Assembly: GCA_023920165.1 (NCBI GenBank)
Contig: CP089278.1
Span: 3,100,001-3,164,000 of the forward strand
Origin: Curvularia clavata
Lineage: Eukaryota
Reading direction: 5' to 3'
Length of the DNA: 64,000 nucleotides
A program made the position numbers and the translations under genes. How positions within the stretch are numbered: the stretch's first letter is position 1; every line of letters starts with the position of its first letter. This document shows, piece by piece, positions 35,234-48,964 of the stretch. A model generated the notes under the pieces. That model saw only the letters and a program-made list of their open reading frames with translations, had not been told where the DNA came from and did not search any database.

Positions 35234-36756
35234 CTACATCTTACCGCCAGGGAAACTGGACAGCAAGCCCATGTCGAATTTAGCAGCTTGTGGGCAACCA
35301 AGCGTTGCGAGAATCGGGTCCAGAACAGTGGCCAACTTTCGCACAGCAAGCAAAACGTTTCCAAGCAGACCATCCAGGATATCCGGTGAGGCAAACTGGA
35401 TGAACTGGAATGCGAAGCACATGCAGTTGTTGCCTTCAAGGAGCGTTTCCGCGTTGAAAACACCGCCCGTCAGATCGCCAATGTTAACTCCAGTGAACGT
35501 GTTGGGTTTGCCGGTGTTGCCGCCAACGACAGCCATGTAAGGGAGCACCTGGAGCGAACGTACGGCATCGAGAGTGAATGCAGCAAGCCCGTACTCATCA
35601 CCAATAGCGCGGCGGTACCACTGTGTTGAGAGTTAGATAACATTCCAGTCTCAAAATGCAAATGGGTCCACATACGTTTTCAGGGATCTTTTCACGGCCT
35701 GAAGCCCACTGGAAGCTTCCTGGCTCTCCAGTGACACCCTCGAACGACTTGAGAGTTTCGGCGCTAAGATAGCCGTCAGGGAATTCGGCGCTGTGGTTGC
35801 GGAAGAAATGATAGGTGAACAGATAGGTTGCGGTATTGATGGCGAAGTGTGTGAATGGACCAGCGAAATAGCGGCCGTTGGTTGCAATCGAGTTGTTAAA
35901 GCGCGAGCCACGGAATGGAAGCATGACTGTGAGATCGTAGCCGTTCGGGCCCTTGGGCATGGCCATGAGCTCTTCGAACTGAGACATGTCGAGGGAATCG
36001 GCATCGCCACTGGAGACAGTTAGTTATGGCGTTCTTAGGTTGGTTGTGAACAGGTAGCGCAGTTGCCTACGACGTACGTCTTGTACAAGTCCGCTCGTGT
36101 TGGAGAGCAGTCAGCCTCGAAACGGTTGTGCGACGCACTCAGACCTTGTGGCTCTCCGAGAAGACCAAGCGAAGAGGTCAATCCACCCAGGAGTCCTCCG
36201 CTCTTTGGCTTGCCACCGATAGATACCGAGGTAATATCTCCTGCCATGATACCAGAGTACACGGAAAGGAACGCAGAGAGATCGGTTGACATGCCGAAGA
36301 CTAGCAAATTGTTAGCATCCGGATAATCGATAGTACATTTTCACGCACCCTCAGTAGAAGCAGCAGTCAATTCCAAGACCGATGCAACACCAGTTCGGGA
36401 GATGTAGCCGTGGTTGGCTAGGACATTCAGACCTGGGCAAGGTCCACGAATGTCGTTGGGGCCTGGAGCAATCTACAACGACATGTCAGTAAATCAAACA
36501 GAATTCCCTCAAGAGAAGCACATACGTATCGATGCTCTCCAGAAGTGCTGATGCGCTGGGCGTTGGCATTGAATCCTGGCTTGATGATGCCGGCTCCAAG
36601 TTGGCGCTTCACGTCCGCCTCTCTCTTGATCTTCTCCACCAATCCAGTGATTTCCGCGAGGGTCTCATCACTGATGTCCTTGTTGAGCAGACTGGCCGGG
36701 AAGGCAAACGCCGACGCGGCGAACAGCGAAGCGCTGCACAGAGTCGAAAACTTCAT
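35234..36756 (-). CDS. secreted heme-thiolate peroxidase / unspecific peroxygenase (chloroperoxidase family), multi-exon
   Basis: Signal peptide MKFSTLCSASLFAASAFAFP. DIRGPCPGLNVLANHGY (PCP proximal Cys) near 36400-36455; SHNRFEADCSPTRAD. Confidence 0.9.
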
Positions 36757-37517
36757 GGTTGCGGAACGTCAAAAGAAGGGCTCAAAAAAAAAAAATAAAG
36801 GAGTGTTTAAGGAGAGAGGTGAAGTTGGGTTGTGGTGCAGAAACAACAAGACCGATCGCCCAGTTGCTGAGCGTATTATAACTTTTGCGTGTTGCACGCC
36901 GTCGACATAGTCAAATGACCATCTTCTCCTGATTATCACGCTGAGTCGCTCCTTCAATCATAGGGTGAGCAGGGTAGCATAGCATGCTCGCCTTGCCTAC
37001 CTGGACGAAGCGGGAAGCCCAAAGAATGCGACCCTCGACGCAGGGGATGCTTTATCACGTCTCTTATGATTGGCTGTTGCACTTCAGTAGAGGTGTAGAT
37101 CTTCTCTTGGGTCCAGTGAAGAAGGGACGTGCATCAACGGGCCCAGACGCCACACGATGGTACTGGAACAAGGTTCAAGCCACGCGGGGCTCTAATCGCG
37201 CCGTCTAAGATTGTGCAACTGAACTAGGTAAGTGATCATTTCCAACTTGGGGGTTCTACACTATCGCTGCCGATTTTATGCCGTAATCCAAATCTTGTTT
37301 CTGATGCATCGCGCAAGAGACCCCAAATGGAATGAAGATTTCTCGGCCTAGAGACCCGAGTAGGTGTGGCACGGAGAACGGCACTGCTAGCTGCGGTGAG
37401 AGTGAAAAAGAGATAGGGTATATTACATTATGACGTCGTTACTCATGCTGGTTCTATGTGTTGATGCTACAGATTACCGCCAATTCGCTGAAAATTTTCC
37501 AAAACAAAGAAAGATCA

Positions 37518-38969
37518 TTATACAGGTAAGTGCGGCCGGTGATGTTTCGAGTCATCTAATGATGGAGAAGTGGATCCTGGATTTGCGAGCGTGACTCGTC
37601 CCGTGACCGGGTCCACGATGAGGTTGTCCATCTCGAGATAGGCTTCTTGGGATTTCCCACTTACGTCGACCAATGATTCTTGACTAACATTCCCTAGAGT
37701 CGATCGTCGTTTGTTCGTCGACACAAGGGTGCCTTCAGTCTTGAGGTGTTTAGAACCAAGTCTGGAAGCATTCGAACTTTCGCCCATGCCAGACAGATTG
37801 GACCCGTGAGTTCTCGTTTTTCGCTCCCTCGATGAGTTCTGATAGGAAGCCATGGCTGTGTTTACAGCTTGCTTGAAGAATACTCGGAGTACGGGGATTG
37901 AGGTCGCTACGATAGTCATGGCAGCTTCTGCTGAGGACCATATGACGCTTTTGGTGGCATCATCTGTCTACATCAGTCGGGTTCGTATAACCAGCCGTGA
38001 ATATCTTACAGGAAATGTCTTGCTTTGTCAGTTGCTCAACGTATCTGCCTCTGAGAATAGCTGTGACTCCTGCTCTTTGATCCTGTTAGCAGAGCCTAAG
38101 ACTTCGAAGTAGTAACTCACAATACTCCCAAGCTCATGGCGACACCAACACCAAGCTTCTCAGCCGTGCGCATCTGCAGATTCCATATGATCTTCCAAGG
38201 GATCAATGCAAGAGATATGTCCATGATTGCAGACCATACTGCATACCAAATTAGTAAAATGTTCCAACGCACCACCAAGGTTCTACCCACTAGCCTGGAA
38301 TCGCCCATACATCACAGTAGGCTCTTTGTTTATACATGTGCCAGGTATGATATCCACGAACGTCTTGGCTAAAGGCTTGCATATGACCCAGGGGAGGACG
38401 CCGGCTGGTACAGCGAAGATAAACAGGGTAGCTATGGCAAAGCAGACATAGGCTCTGAGCCATCCTTCCGTCAAACGAAACAGTGTTATTCCGAACGAAA
38501 TTTTGCTGAGAGTAATAGCGACGACGGATATGGTGAGTCCGCTGGCACCATAATATGTAATGCGCTCGAAGTTGCCGAAGTCAACTGGTGCAAAAGGTTA
38601 GAACCGTTATATCGCATGTGTCTCTCCATGTTGAATTTTCTTACTGTCGAACGCATGTTTCCCGAATCCCAGGTTTATGTTGAGCTGAACTAAGATCACC
38701 TGGCCAAGGAGGAAAACCTGCAAAAATGCACATTAGCAACTCACTTCTCATAGAGGTGTTTTAATCTTGCTTACCCAGCTGATGGTGAGTAGAAGACTGT
38801 CGTACCACAATTTCCCTTGCCCCAGTTGGATCCAGAGACGAAGGCCAAGGAAAAAACCAGAGATTCCGCAAAGTGACCAAACAGCGACGCTCATGAGTGG
38901 ACCATGTGTCTCTCCCGGGTTACTGACCCAATTATTCAATGGGTTTGATGGATCTGATGGGCTTGACAT
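37518..38969 (-). CDS. PTH11-like/rhodopsin-domain integral membrane protein (no CFEM), multi-exon
   Basis: FLGLRLW..LWYD, GFGKH, LSKISF, DISLALIPWKIIWNLQM..EKLGVGVAMSLG, WSSAE..TIVATSIPVLR. Confidence 0.85.
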
Positions 38970-41900
38970 GCTGGAAATGCGGGTTGAGCCCGGCTCTTCG
39001 AATGCGATTGTTGACCTTCTCCAGTAACCAGGCTTTGAGGAACACCCTCGTTTGGACGTCAGTGTCGAAAATGGGATTGGAATCGCATGTAAAAGTAACA
39101 ACGGCTTCGGTATAGCTGCATATCATGGAAGAGAGATGCCGCCGCCAGGGTTTCTCATTCTCCACATCCCCAGTACCTAGTGCTCGGAAGGGCGTCTGGC
39201 CGGGCCCACCCTTTTGATCGGGAAATTTACAAAAAGAGTGGGTAAAAGGAACGTTGCAGTTTGCGTGCGGATGTATCCATCCCTCCGAGCAAGCTGACTC
39301 AAATTTGAGCCCGTCACGGGGCAGGGTCTCATCTTGGTTTTCACTGGGGGTCTTCCTTGTTTGGACTTGATTTCCACCTGCCGGCCCACCCTCTCGATCT
39401 AGACTTGCTACCTGGTACTGCTCTTGGGGCTCGACAAGTGACAATGACTCGTATGGCGCAGCCTGCCGGCGGCCCGCGGGGTGATCGTCGGCGCTATTGT
39501 ATTTAGTCCTTGAGCTAAGATCGTTTCCCCCCGTCCGATAGGACCGTATGCTCGAGTCGCTATGCTTGAGTTGCACATGGAAATAAGATAGGGTTTATGT
39601 CAGTAGGGGTTTGGTTGCAGATCGATATCCTGTGAGCTTGGCATAGTCTGGTCGACCGTGTGATGGCGTAAAGGTACTCAAGAAACAAGGCTGGAAATGG
39701 TTCACCAAACGTTCTCGAGTCAGGAAAAGGCAGTTCGGGATCGTACTAAGAAACTAATCACATGGCACATAACACGGCAGTGTCATTTTGACTGCTTCCA
39801 GGATGTACTTCGTGCCCGGTTTCCTGGAAAGTTAGCATTACGATGGGATTTGGGTTTACACGTCGATGACAGGCATAAAGCCAATCCTTTATGACAGCTT
39901 ATGGTCGGCCGCGTCATAGATCCGTAGCTTCTCGGCATCAGAGAATGTATTTCAAAGTAGCCATCTCCAGGTCAAACTACAACAAGGCTTCTGCCGGTGG
40001 AGCAGTGCGTCATATCGACGGCGCGCTATGTTCAGAAGAGGCTGTTACTTATATACTAGAGCTCTCTTGCTCCCACTCTGGGCTTAGAACATGCAGACTC
40101 CACTTTCCGAGCCCCCAGGTCGTTATTGTATCTATTCAGTGTGGGAAAACTCGCTTCTGCATTCATTTGCATGATCCAAGCTGCTTGTACGTCAATAATC
40201 CCTCACCTCACTGATCCTTTTGTTCCGAAGAAAGGCCTTTGACGGCGGCTTTTGCGGCTAGATACCCAGATGACAGGATCTTGGGGAAATGCCTGTGCCG
40301 TCATATGCGGCGATCGTCCTCACACAATGCTGTGCTTTCAAATCTACTCTGAGCACGAAAACAGATATAGGGCTGTGTACTTGAGCGCATGCCTAAGCTT
40401 ACCTAACGATATTCTTCTTCTATCTTGTTTTCCTGTCAAACGCTGACAGTTCCCACATACCTGTGTGTCTCATCATGAAGTCGGCGTCTCGTGGCTTGTC
40501 ATACGCCTCCGTAATGATGTGGCGCTCATCAACACAAACTAATCCATGGTGCTCGGGATTTTGCATCGCTCAAGACAAGCGACGATCATTAGGCTTGGAA
40601 ATGAGGGTTGCGTGCATGTCACGCATCGCGTGTTTCTGCTAATAACCTGGCCTGTAATTCTCGCTATTCACTTGATGTCAAGTAGTTGAAGTGTGTTCCA
40701 AAGTTCACAGCTAAAAAATAGGTAAAGCATCGATTTATTCGCCCCTGTGCTAACTTGATCGTTTACTGAATTTTGACACAGGACCAGATGCTATGAGGCA
40801 TCAAAGCAGAACAAGATCATCCAACCCGATGTTCTCGGCGAACCCACAAAAGCGGTAAGAGATCCAATGACCAGGATTTAAACCACATTCCATATGAGCA
40901 GTCCGGAGCCAGCACACAAGAACAGACCCATACAAAAACTCAGCCACACAAATACGCCAACACGGTTGTTTCAAAGCCTCGCTTCCCCGTGCCACATAGT
41001 TAGATTTAAGCGTCGCACTAGGTAGGTACCTAGGACGACGCCAAGGCACCGCCGGAAGACCTTCCAGTCGATGCACCAAGACCTTTTCCTCTTGGCAACC
41101 TCCAATCCCTACATCTTGGTAAATTAAAAACTCGTCATGAATGAAACAGTCAGTACATAGAAACCTAAACAAAGGGAAAACGACGAGTGAATGACCCGCC
41201 GCTAATACACACCTCCCATCGCTTCCATCTCGTCCATCAGTTCTAGAACCATTATCCAAAGTCGCTTCGCACCACTCCTTCTACACCCCCGGCCCCCGTG
41301 CTCCCCTTACTCCTCTAGGACCTGCATATCCACCAACCTCCCGGAATCTCTCATCCCTTCCTGGACTAATGCAGCAGACCCCCGACCTCGATTTTAAACC
41401 CCTCCCAGAACATCAGGTAACCTACCAAACATCCCAACACACCATCACGTGACCCGTTGTTCTGCTTAGCACTGCACTCTCCGCCGACACAAGCCCGTTC
41501 CTGGTACTATCCGTGCACCCGTCTAACACTTTTTCATCAACCAACGCGACCACCAATCGCTACCCATGGCACAACTAGTAGTCCCCCAGTTTTTCGAACG
41601 CCTCGACCTACAAAGTACACTATAGATGCCGCTTATTTGCCGAACTTCCCACGTCGGCTACTAGCATCCGCCTCCGTCCCTTCTCACTCGCTTTCTCATT
41701 CACCGTCTGCCCCGCCCAGGCATTGCAACGCCCAGCACGCGCGGGACGAAATCGGCAATCACTGGTGGGGTTTGGGGTGGATCTAACTAGCCAACTGATC
41801 AACTCCTCTAGCCAACTAGCAACTGACTCCATGTATTGACCAACTTACCAACTCGCCTAGCAGACCCCTTTGTACACTGTGGGAAAAAAATGGTACCAGT

Positions 41901-42495
41901 TTGAAACCCTAAGAGCACTTTCATATCCGTACCTAGCAGATGAACAAGAAGTTGGTAGACACCGTTAAGAAACTAGCACAACGGCCATCATCTCCCTGCA
42001 GCTCCAAGGATAAACACCGATTTCTACACTATACCATTGCACGTCTAATCGCGCTTCCTTTGTCCGCCCTAATCACTCCGTTACACCACACCTGTTATAA
42101 CCAATTTTCACACTCCTACACTAGTTACTCAACTTCTCCTCCTACCCCCTCCCTCTCTCTCTCACACACAACGCTTCCACCCATGGTTCGTTTCACATTC
42201 CCCGAGTGGGTCGCCCAAGCAAAATCCAAGCCGGAGTTTTCTTCGCTCCTCACAACGAACTAACAGTAGCTAGTGTTCTGTGCGCCGACTTCGCTCTTCG
42301 TTTGTCTTGGCGTGGTAAAGTACCGAGACCGATGTGAAGGGGGCACTATGCTTAGTGAAAACAAAAATAAAATAGTATGTAAGAGGAAGAAGGGTGGGTA
42401 CAAAACGTTCTTGGTCCGATGGATATCGGTATCGGCGTAGCTGATGAGCAATATCGGCGAAACTGTAAGAACATTGGCGTAGTCAAGTGAAATGA

Positions 42496-42519
42496 TGAGT
42501 GAGTGAGTGAGTGAGTGAG
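42496..42519 (+). repeat. (TGAG)6 microsatellite downstream of GAD
   Basis: Six perfect tandem copies. Confidence 0.9.
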
Positions 42520-42670
42520 AGAGGACTTGAACAAAAAGGAGACTGTCGCCGGATACTCTGATTCAAAGGTTCAAAGTTTATGATTTCATTTCTCGTCTGC
42601 CGAGTATATTCATTGTATACTGCACCGTACTGAGCAGCAGTATTCATATCATAATCATCCACCACCCAGC

Positions 42671-44737
42671 TTAGCAAACCGCATGCGTCTTGCCCGTCTT
42701 GCCCTGCAAGCTGTGCTTCTCCTGGAAGTGGTCCGTCGCCCGTCTCTGGAAAATGGGGCTGACGAGAGTCGAGCGGCGGCGCATAGCGAACTGGTGCCTA
42801 TGGTCATGTCAGTACGCTGAACCAAATCTGTACCATTAGGTGTGAAAACGTACTCCTTGTGCTCCTGGATCTTCTTGGCATCAAGGGCATCCAGAGTTTG
42901 CAACGCTAGCCTGAAGTCTGCAATCAGGGCATCGCATCGGGACTTTGTAAAGTCTTCACGGACAACAACGCGCAGCATCTTCATCTGCTCCGAGTGAGGG
43001 GCCATGGTGTAGGCGGGTACGACCCATCCACGCTCACGGAGTTGGTGTGCAATGGCGAACTCGTCGTACTGCTTGCCGAGGTCCTCGTCAATGCGACATG
43101 CAACAAGAGGAAGTCCCTCGCCGCCGCGCTGGCTCATGATCACGAACCCCATGGACTCGAGGTTCGCAGCTAGGTAATCAGCAGTGCGGGTGAGGTTCAG
43201 CATTATCCTCCTGTAACCACGCTTGCCAAGACGAATGAGCTGGTAGTACTGTCCGATAATCTGCGAGGCTCCACGCGAGAAGTTAAGCGTGAAGGAAGCT
43301 TGGTCGGCACCGAGGTAGTTGATGTTGAAGACAAGTTCCTGGGGCAGGTACTTGGGATCGCGCCAGATGACCCAACCAACACCCGGGTAAACTAGACCGT
43401 ACTTGTGTCCTGAAGCGTTGATGGTTGTGACCTTGGGAAGGCGGAAGTCCCAGAGAAGGCCGGGGTTGACAAATGGAGCAACGAAGCCGCCAGAGGCAGC
43501 GTCAACGTGAATGTTGATATCCATATCTCTCTCGATGAGCAGATCGTTGATAGCCTTGATATCCTCGTACTCGCCAGTGTATGTTGTTCCGAGAATGGCA
43601 CCTATTTTTGGTTAGCAATTAATGCCACATTCAAGGGTCGCAGAAATCGTACAAATGCCAATGGTGTTCTCATCGCACATGTCTACGGCTTCCTTGGGGT
43701 CAATGACATAGCGGTCAGCCGTGCAGTAGACGTATTTCTCCTCAATGTCAAAGTATCGGCAGGCTTTCTACGGGCTGTTAGCATCGACCGAGTTCTTGTT
43801 CTAGTTTTTTGAGTGACGACACTCAATACTGACCTCCCAGCAAACTTGTACGGCCGAGTTCATAACCATATTGGGCTTGTCGTACGGCTTTCCCTCTGCC
43901 TTGCGCTTGTTTTGCCAGAGCTTCTTCATGGCCAACACTCCCAGCTATGCAGTGTCAGCCAAAGTTCTCATATCTCGGTACGCCGATACGAACCATGATG
44001 GCCTCGGAGGATCCAATTGTCGAAGTACCAATAATGTTTGCATCGTCCGTAGCCGGCGCGTTGAACAGCCTCGCAATCATGGAGACACATCCTATTCACA
44101 GCTCAGCGACTGCCCCTACGCTTCCCATTGTGCTCCAGAATACGTACGGTTTTGGATGTCGGCGCTAACGGGATATTCTTCGTAATCAATGAAGTTCTTG
44201 GAAAAGGCGTCGCTAGACGATAGGGTTATTTTTAATGTTCTCGAAAGGGAAGTGCTTGGGCGTACACCATGAGCTTCTCGACCTCCTCTTCCTGCAGATT
44301 CGGTTAGCATTGAGCGGTGGAGACGGTACGGGTGGGGCCATACCATGTACGTTGTGACGAAAGAAGCCAAATTTAGCGTTGGTGTTCCGTCGAGTGTGAG
44401 GTCATCTTTAATCATACGATATGCCCTATCAAAGTTAGCAACCGGCTTCGAGCGGCTGTTTCCCGACGTGGGACATACACCTGAGGAGGCATCTCTCGGT
44501 CCTGTGCTCAGTCAGCATGTTGTGCTTGTCAATGTGGGCTGCCTGAAGGGAACTGACGGGCATCTCATGCTTGGGTAGATCCTCTGAAGCATACTTGCTG
44601 CCGTAGACGGTGGCAGTAAAGTCATCGAGCTCATCCTCTGGCGTCAGGTTGATGGCGCTTGTGCTGGCAACCTGCTCGAACTGAGCCTTTTCCTCGGAGA
44701 TTTCCTTGAAGGTGGCTACGCGATTGATGTGCACCAT
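42671..44737 (-). CDS. GAD1: glutamate decarboxylase (PLP-dependent), many introns
   Basis: MVHINRV start; [36 protein letters not shown] (PLP lysine), GWVVPAY. Spliced last exon ends GKTHAVC-TAA. Confidence 0.95.
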
Positions 44738-46172
44738 GTTGAGAAGAGTGAGGAGGAGCAAGAATGTGAGAAGAAGAGGGAAAAGGAGAGCAAGACAAGA
44801 AGTTCAGGCAGGAGCAGGAGAGGCTGTCCAGCAGAAAGGAGTGCAGCGGGGCAAGATGCCGTTTAATATGGCCCAGATACGGACGCGCGTAAGCAAGCCC
44901 GATTGTGCATTGTACCTAGCTACCGGTTCAGCTCAATAGTACAGCGAAGCACAGCACAGCAGTGCTGCAGCCCCACCATGGGCAACATGGAACGCGGCAT
45001 GCAAGCCCATGCGGTACGACGCGTCAATTGTTGGCCAGACCACCGTATTTCCCAGGCTACGTGTACTGGCGTATCTGCCAGGAGCAGCTAATGTCCTCTT
45101 GCAGTGTGGGCGCGGGGGAGTGAATTGCAGTCTGCCACGGCGTCATGGCGGGGCACCTAACACGTGCCTGGGCTAAGCATTTGTCCCTTGAAGCTTGTCT
45201 TGGAAATCATACCAATCCGGCTTCACCGCCCTTCACCAGCCAAACCGCTTTGGGCTAAAAGCTAGCTGCATTCGGGCGACTAGGAGCGGGGTCGAAGGGG
45301 CCGCGGGGTTATCGCCAGGTACGCATATTCGTCCATTTCACTGCGTCATTTTACGCATAGCCATGACATATTGCTCTCCAATAGTTGGGAAAGGAGAGCT
45401 GCATTTCAAGATTACACATAGACTTAGGGAGGCTGACGCATCCTCCGGTAGCTAACCTCGTGTATACTGTGGTATTGGTTCGGGTATCTATGCACCGCCA
45501 CGGCTATCAACCCTCAGCTATCTACATACCGAAATTGTGGCCTCTTCTACATAGGACCGATTAGACAGTGCCACCGCAGAGCTGACAAGAGAAGCTTTGG
45601 GTGCTATACGGCGCGGACCTCGAGTTGCGAGAACAAAATGACCGTTAGTAGCCCGCCCTCCCTAGTCTGTGGTATCCTGGACAGTCCACTTCCCCCCTTA
45701 TACACGTATCACCCAACACGAATTCGCCAAGCTTGAGCCCATCTCCTCCGATCCTAGTCAATCTAGTTCCGCTCGCGTATCGGTCTTCACGAGATGGAAG
45801 ACCGGAGCTGAACATGCAATTATCCGTTGTGCCTCTTCCCCTCAGCGATTCTCGCAACACACAAATGCTGTCTGACAGACGTAAGCTTGTTCCGCTAAGC
45901 TGCCTTCCCGGTCCCCATAATCTGACTAAAGGCCAACCGTTGCACAAGCCAAGTATAGACAATCTGTGATGCGAGACGGTGTCCCAGGCCGCTATTCGGG
46001 CCTACAAATGTATGGATCCCCACGGTGTGCAGTACCAGGTACCATTGGGAGCAGCTAGTTACTTTGGAGTACCTTGCTTCGACCCTCCATCCCACATGGC
46101 CATAGCAACCGGCTGCATGCAGGCGAGAATGCTCCTTGTACGTATATGATCTTCGCTGCCCCTCTTCCTGCC

Positions 46173-48964
46173 TCAAATGATATTCGCTATGCTGATACGA
46201 CTTGCGCTCGACGGGGCCGGGCTGGCATTGGAAAGAGGCTTTGGCGGTGAGTACGTGTCAGGAGTAAGTTGGACTCGTTTGACCGGGTTGTGAGGCGGCG
46301 GGTAATAAGTCTGCGGTTGCGTATTTTGGTGAAGACGGTCGTCCATCAACTGCCGTACCATGTGCTCAACCCGGCCCCAGTCATCCCATTCTGTGCTTCC
46401 ATTCCACCAAGTGCTGGGTGTCGCTCGTGACGGCCTCCTATCTCGCATCATTTCGTCACCTCCTGGTGATCTCACAGCACCAGGCCCTACATCTGAAGAA
46501 GCCATATTGGTGCCTGCCCACACCCAAGAATGCTCCAAACTGCCCTGAGTATCCGCACTAAGGTATGCAATCATTTCCTCGTCATGTTCCAACTGCTTGC
46601 CACCCCCAATGCCGTTATGTATTCGTTCGAGTAGTCGCTCCACAAAAAAAGCAATATTCTTGCCACAGGCTGCGTTGATCTTGCGTGCGGGACCAATAGC
46701 TCTCAAAAAGTGTAAGCAAACCAAGGCTGCGTTGTACTCACCTCGGAAGCACAGCACTAGGACGCATCGCCATATATGTAAGCATACGGCATTACTGGCA
46801 ATAACTGCCATCCTCTCTGTGTCCGTCTTTCCAGGTTCCTGAACAGGATGGTTGTATAACGCTCTCGATACATACTTGGCCGTGTCCTGACCAATGGAGG
46901 TGCACCGTTCCAATGCATTTATCCGCGCGGCTGGACTGGCTAACGGACTGAGGTTGCGGCGATACAGATGGAAACGAGCAGAGAGAAGGACGAGGACGGT
47001 TGGCAAAGCCCTGGCATCGAGCAACGCACTTGAATCCGGTTGATGGTTTTCCGGAAGAAGTAATAGCTTCGAGCGAAGTTGTTCGTCAAAGCTTTCCGTC
47101 GTTTGCGAAGAGATGGTGCTAGACTTCAGCGCCTGTTGCAACGGCGCGTAGAGTCGTGTCATATGTATTGTCGCTATGAATCCGGTAAAGTGTACTGGCT
47201 TCGTTGAAGAACGGATGGGTTCGTTGGGCTGTATGTACCGATCGTCCAACGGCGATGGAAGAGAAATCTCGCAGTCACTCTCGTTGACAAGCATCGGCCG
47301 GTTTGTCTCGAGAGACATGATCCTGCTCCATAGTTAGTTCTAGGAACAGCCATGGTTGAATAGCTGGGTTTGCACACCTGTCGCGAACGTAGGTAGACCA
47401 CCAAAGTCTGCGTCGAATCTCTGCATCAAAGGCAGACCAGCAGTCCATCTCGGGGCTGATCTGTAGCTCTTGCACAACTCTTACCGCAGACGCAAGCCAG
47501 ATGGAGCCCAGAGACCGCTTGTTGTTCTCTGCAGCAAATATGCTCAGCATCAAAGCCGCCTGGCCATGCGTGATGGTGAGGTCTTCTGACCAAAGTTGAA
47601 GAGCAGAAGCCGCAATCTCAAACATAGCCTGACCCTCTGATGACAAATCCCTGATACCACTGTGCTCGGATCTGGGATGCAAAGAGCCACAGGCCAATAC
47701 TGCAAAGAACAAGCCAATCCACTCCCGAGGGCAACCTTCAAAGCTCCGTGAAGCATAAACCTCATCGACTTTGTGCTGAAACGTAGGCCAGTGGATTGCA
47801 GGATACCAAGCGTGTATAGTATCGACAAAAGACCGGGAGAAATAGGCATAATCGGCACGCGAAGGAACTTCAGGCAGCGGCCAATCCGGCTCTGCAGGCT
47901 GTGAAACGTTTTGGTGAGGCGTGCTGAACACGTTGTGGGCATGCTCTCGGATTCTGCTGCGAACGTGGTCGAAATTGTCCAAGGCGGGTACAGATATATG
48001 CCGGGGTGCCAAGACTACTTTAGGATATGCTTCTGAGTATCGTCGCTTCAAATCATTTCGGTCCATGTCCATGGCACTATGATCGGATACCTTTGTCCGT
48101 AGCTGTGAATTGACATGAGTCAACTCGGCAATTTGACTTTGAAGGTCTTGGACCTGCCTGGGTTCAAGGTAAGTATTTCTACAATAGAACTTTGCACAAG
48201 ACACAAGTGCTCACTTGATCGACGACATTCGGCGGTTTGTCTCCTTGGTAAACTGACACCTGTGATTTCGGCTTGAACACTCTGAACATGCCGAGGTCTC
48301 GGTAGCGTCGCACTGTAAACCGGGTTAGCCAAATGCCAACAGAGGACCCCCTCGTCCGCCTGCTCAAGCCATGCGTACAAATAGTGTACCTTTGCTGGAA
48401 AGGGGCACACAGATGCCTCTGGATGCATGCTTGCTTGATGCGCGGACATGGACTGCGGATGTCTGAACGGGTACCCAGCCAGAGCCAAGATGACCTATGA
48501 GTCCCCCACACCTCTCTAACCAGCTATCGTCTTACTCGCATTCGTGGTGAACAGGTGGACGAGGGTGTTTGTTCGGGTTGTTGCAGTCCTGTTGTGACTT
48601 TGAAACTCACCTTTACTTTGCGTTCTCGACATGCATCGCATGAAGGATCCTTTCTGCGTTGTCTGTAGGCTCTTTTCTGCGAATTCAGATTTGTGGACGA
48701 CGATTGAGTAGGAGAAATCATCAAGCCAGTGCCATCTTGGTGTTGAATCTCTGGTAAGCCTGTAGAAGCGTTGCTCGGTGATACTGAATGGCTGTAAGAA
48801 GTCGAAGGATAATTCGGCGACCTAGAGCCTAGCGTAGGTATGCTGGGCGCAGCAAGAAGAGTTGCTGGACGAGCGATTGGCTGCGCCAGGACGAAGGGAT
48901 TTGGCGCAGGTACCATGGTTGTCGGTGATGGTCCATCTGGGCTTGTGGGGGACTTGTGCATCAT
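46173..48964 (-). CDS. Zn(II)2Cys6 transcription factor with fungal TF domain
   Basis: RQRRKDPSCDACRERKVK, intron 48313-48610, CDATETSACSECLSRNHRCQFTKETNRRMSSIK; EIRRRLWWSTYVRDR; C-terminal RISIANII. Confidence 0.9.

Noticed and set aside
41786..41855. Degenerate CAACT/CCAACT repeats
   Set aside because: Irregular simple sequence without spacers; not a CRISPR array or defined repeat family
38932..42263. Several 100-214-aa ORFs between the PTH11-like gene and GAD
   Set aside because: No motifs or coherent exon structure; treated as intergenic, although a degraded gene cannot be excluded
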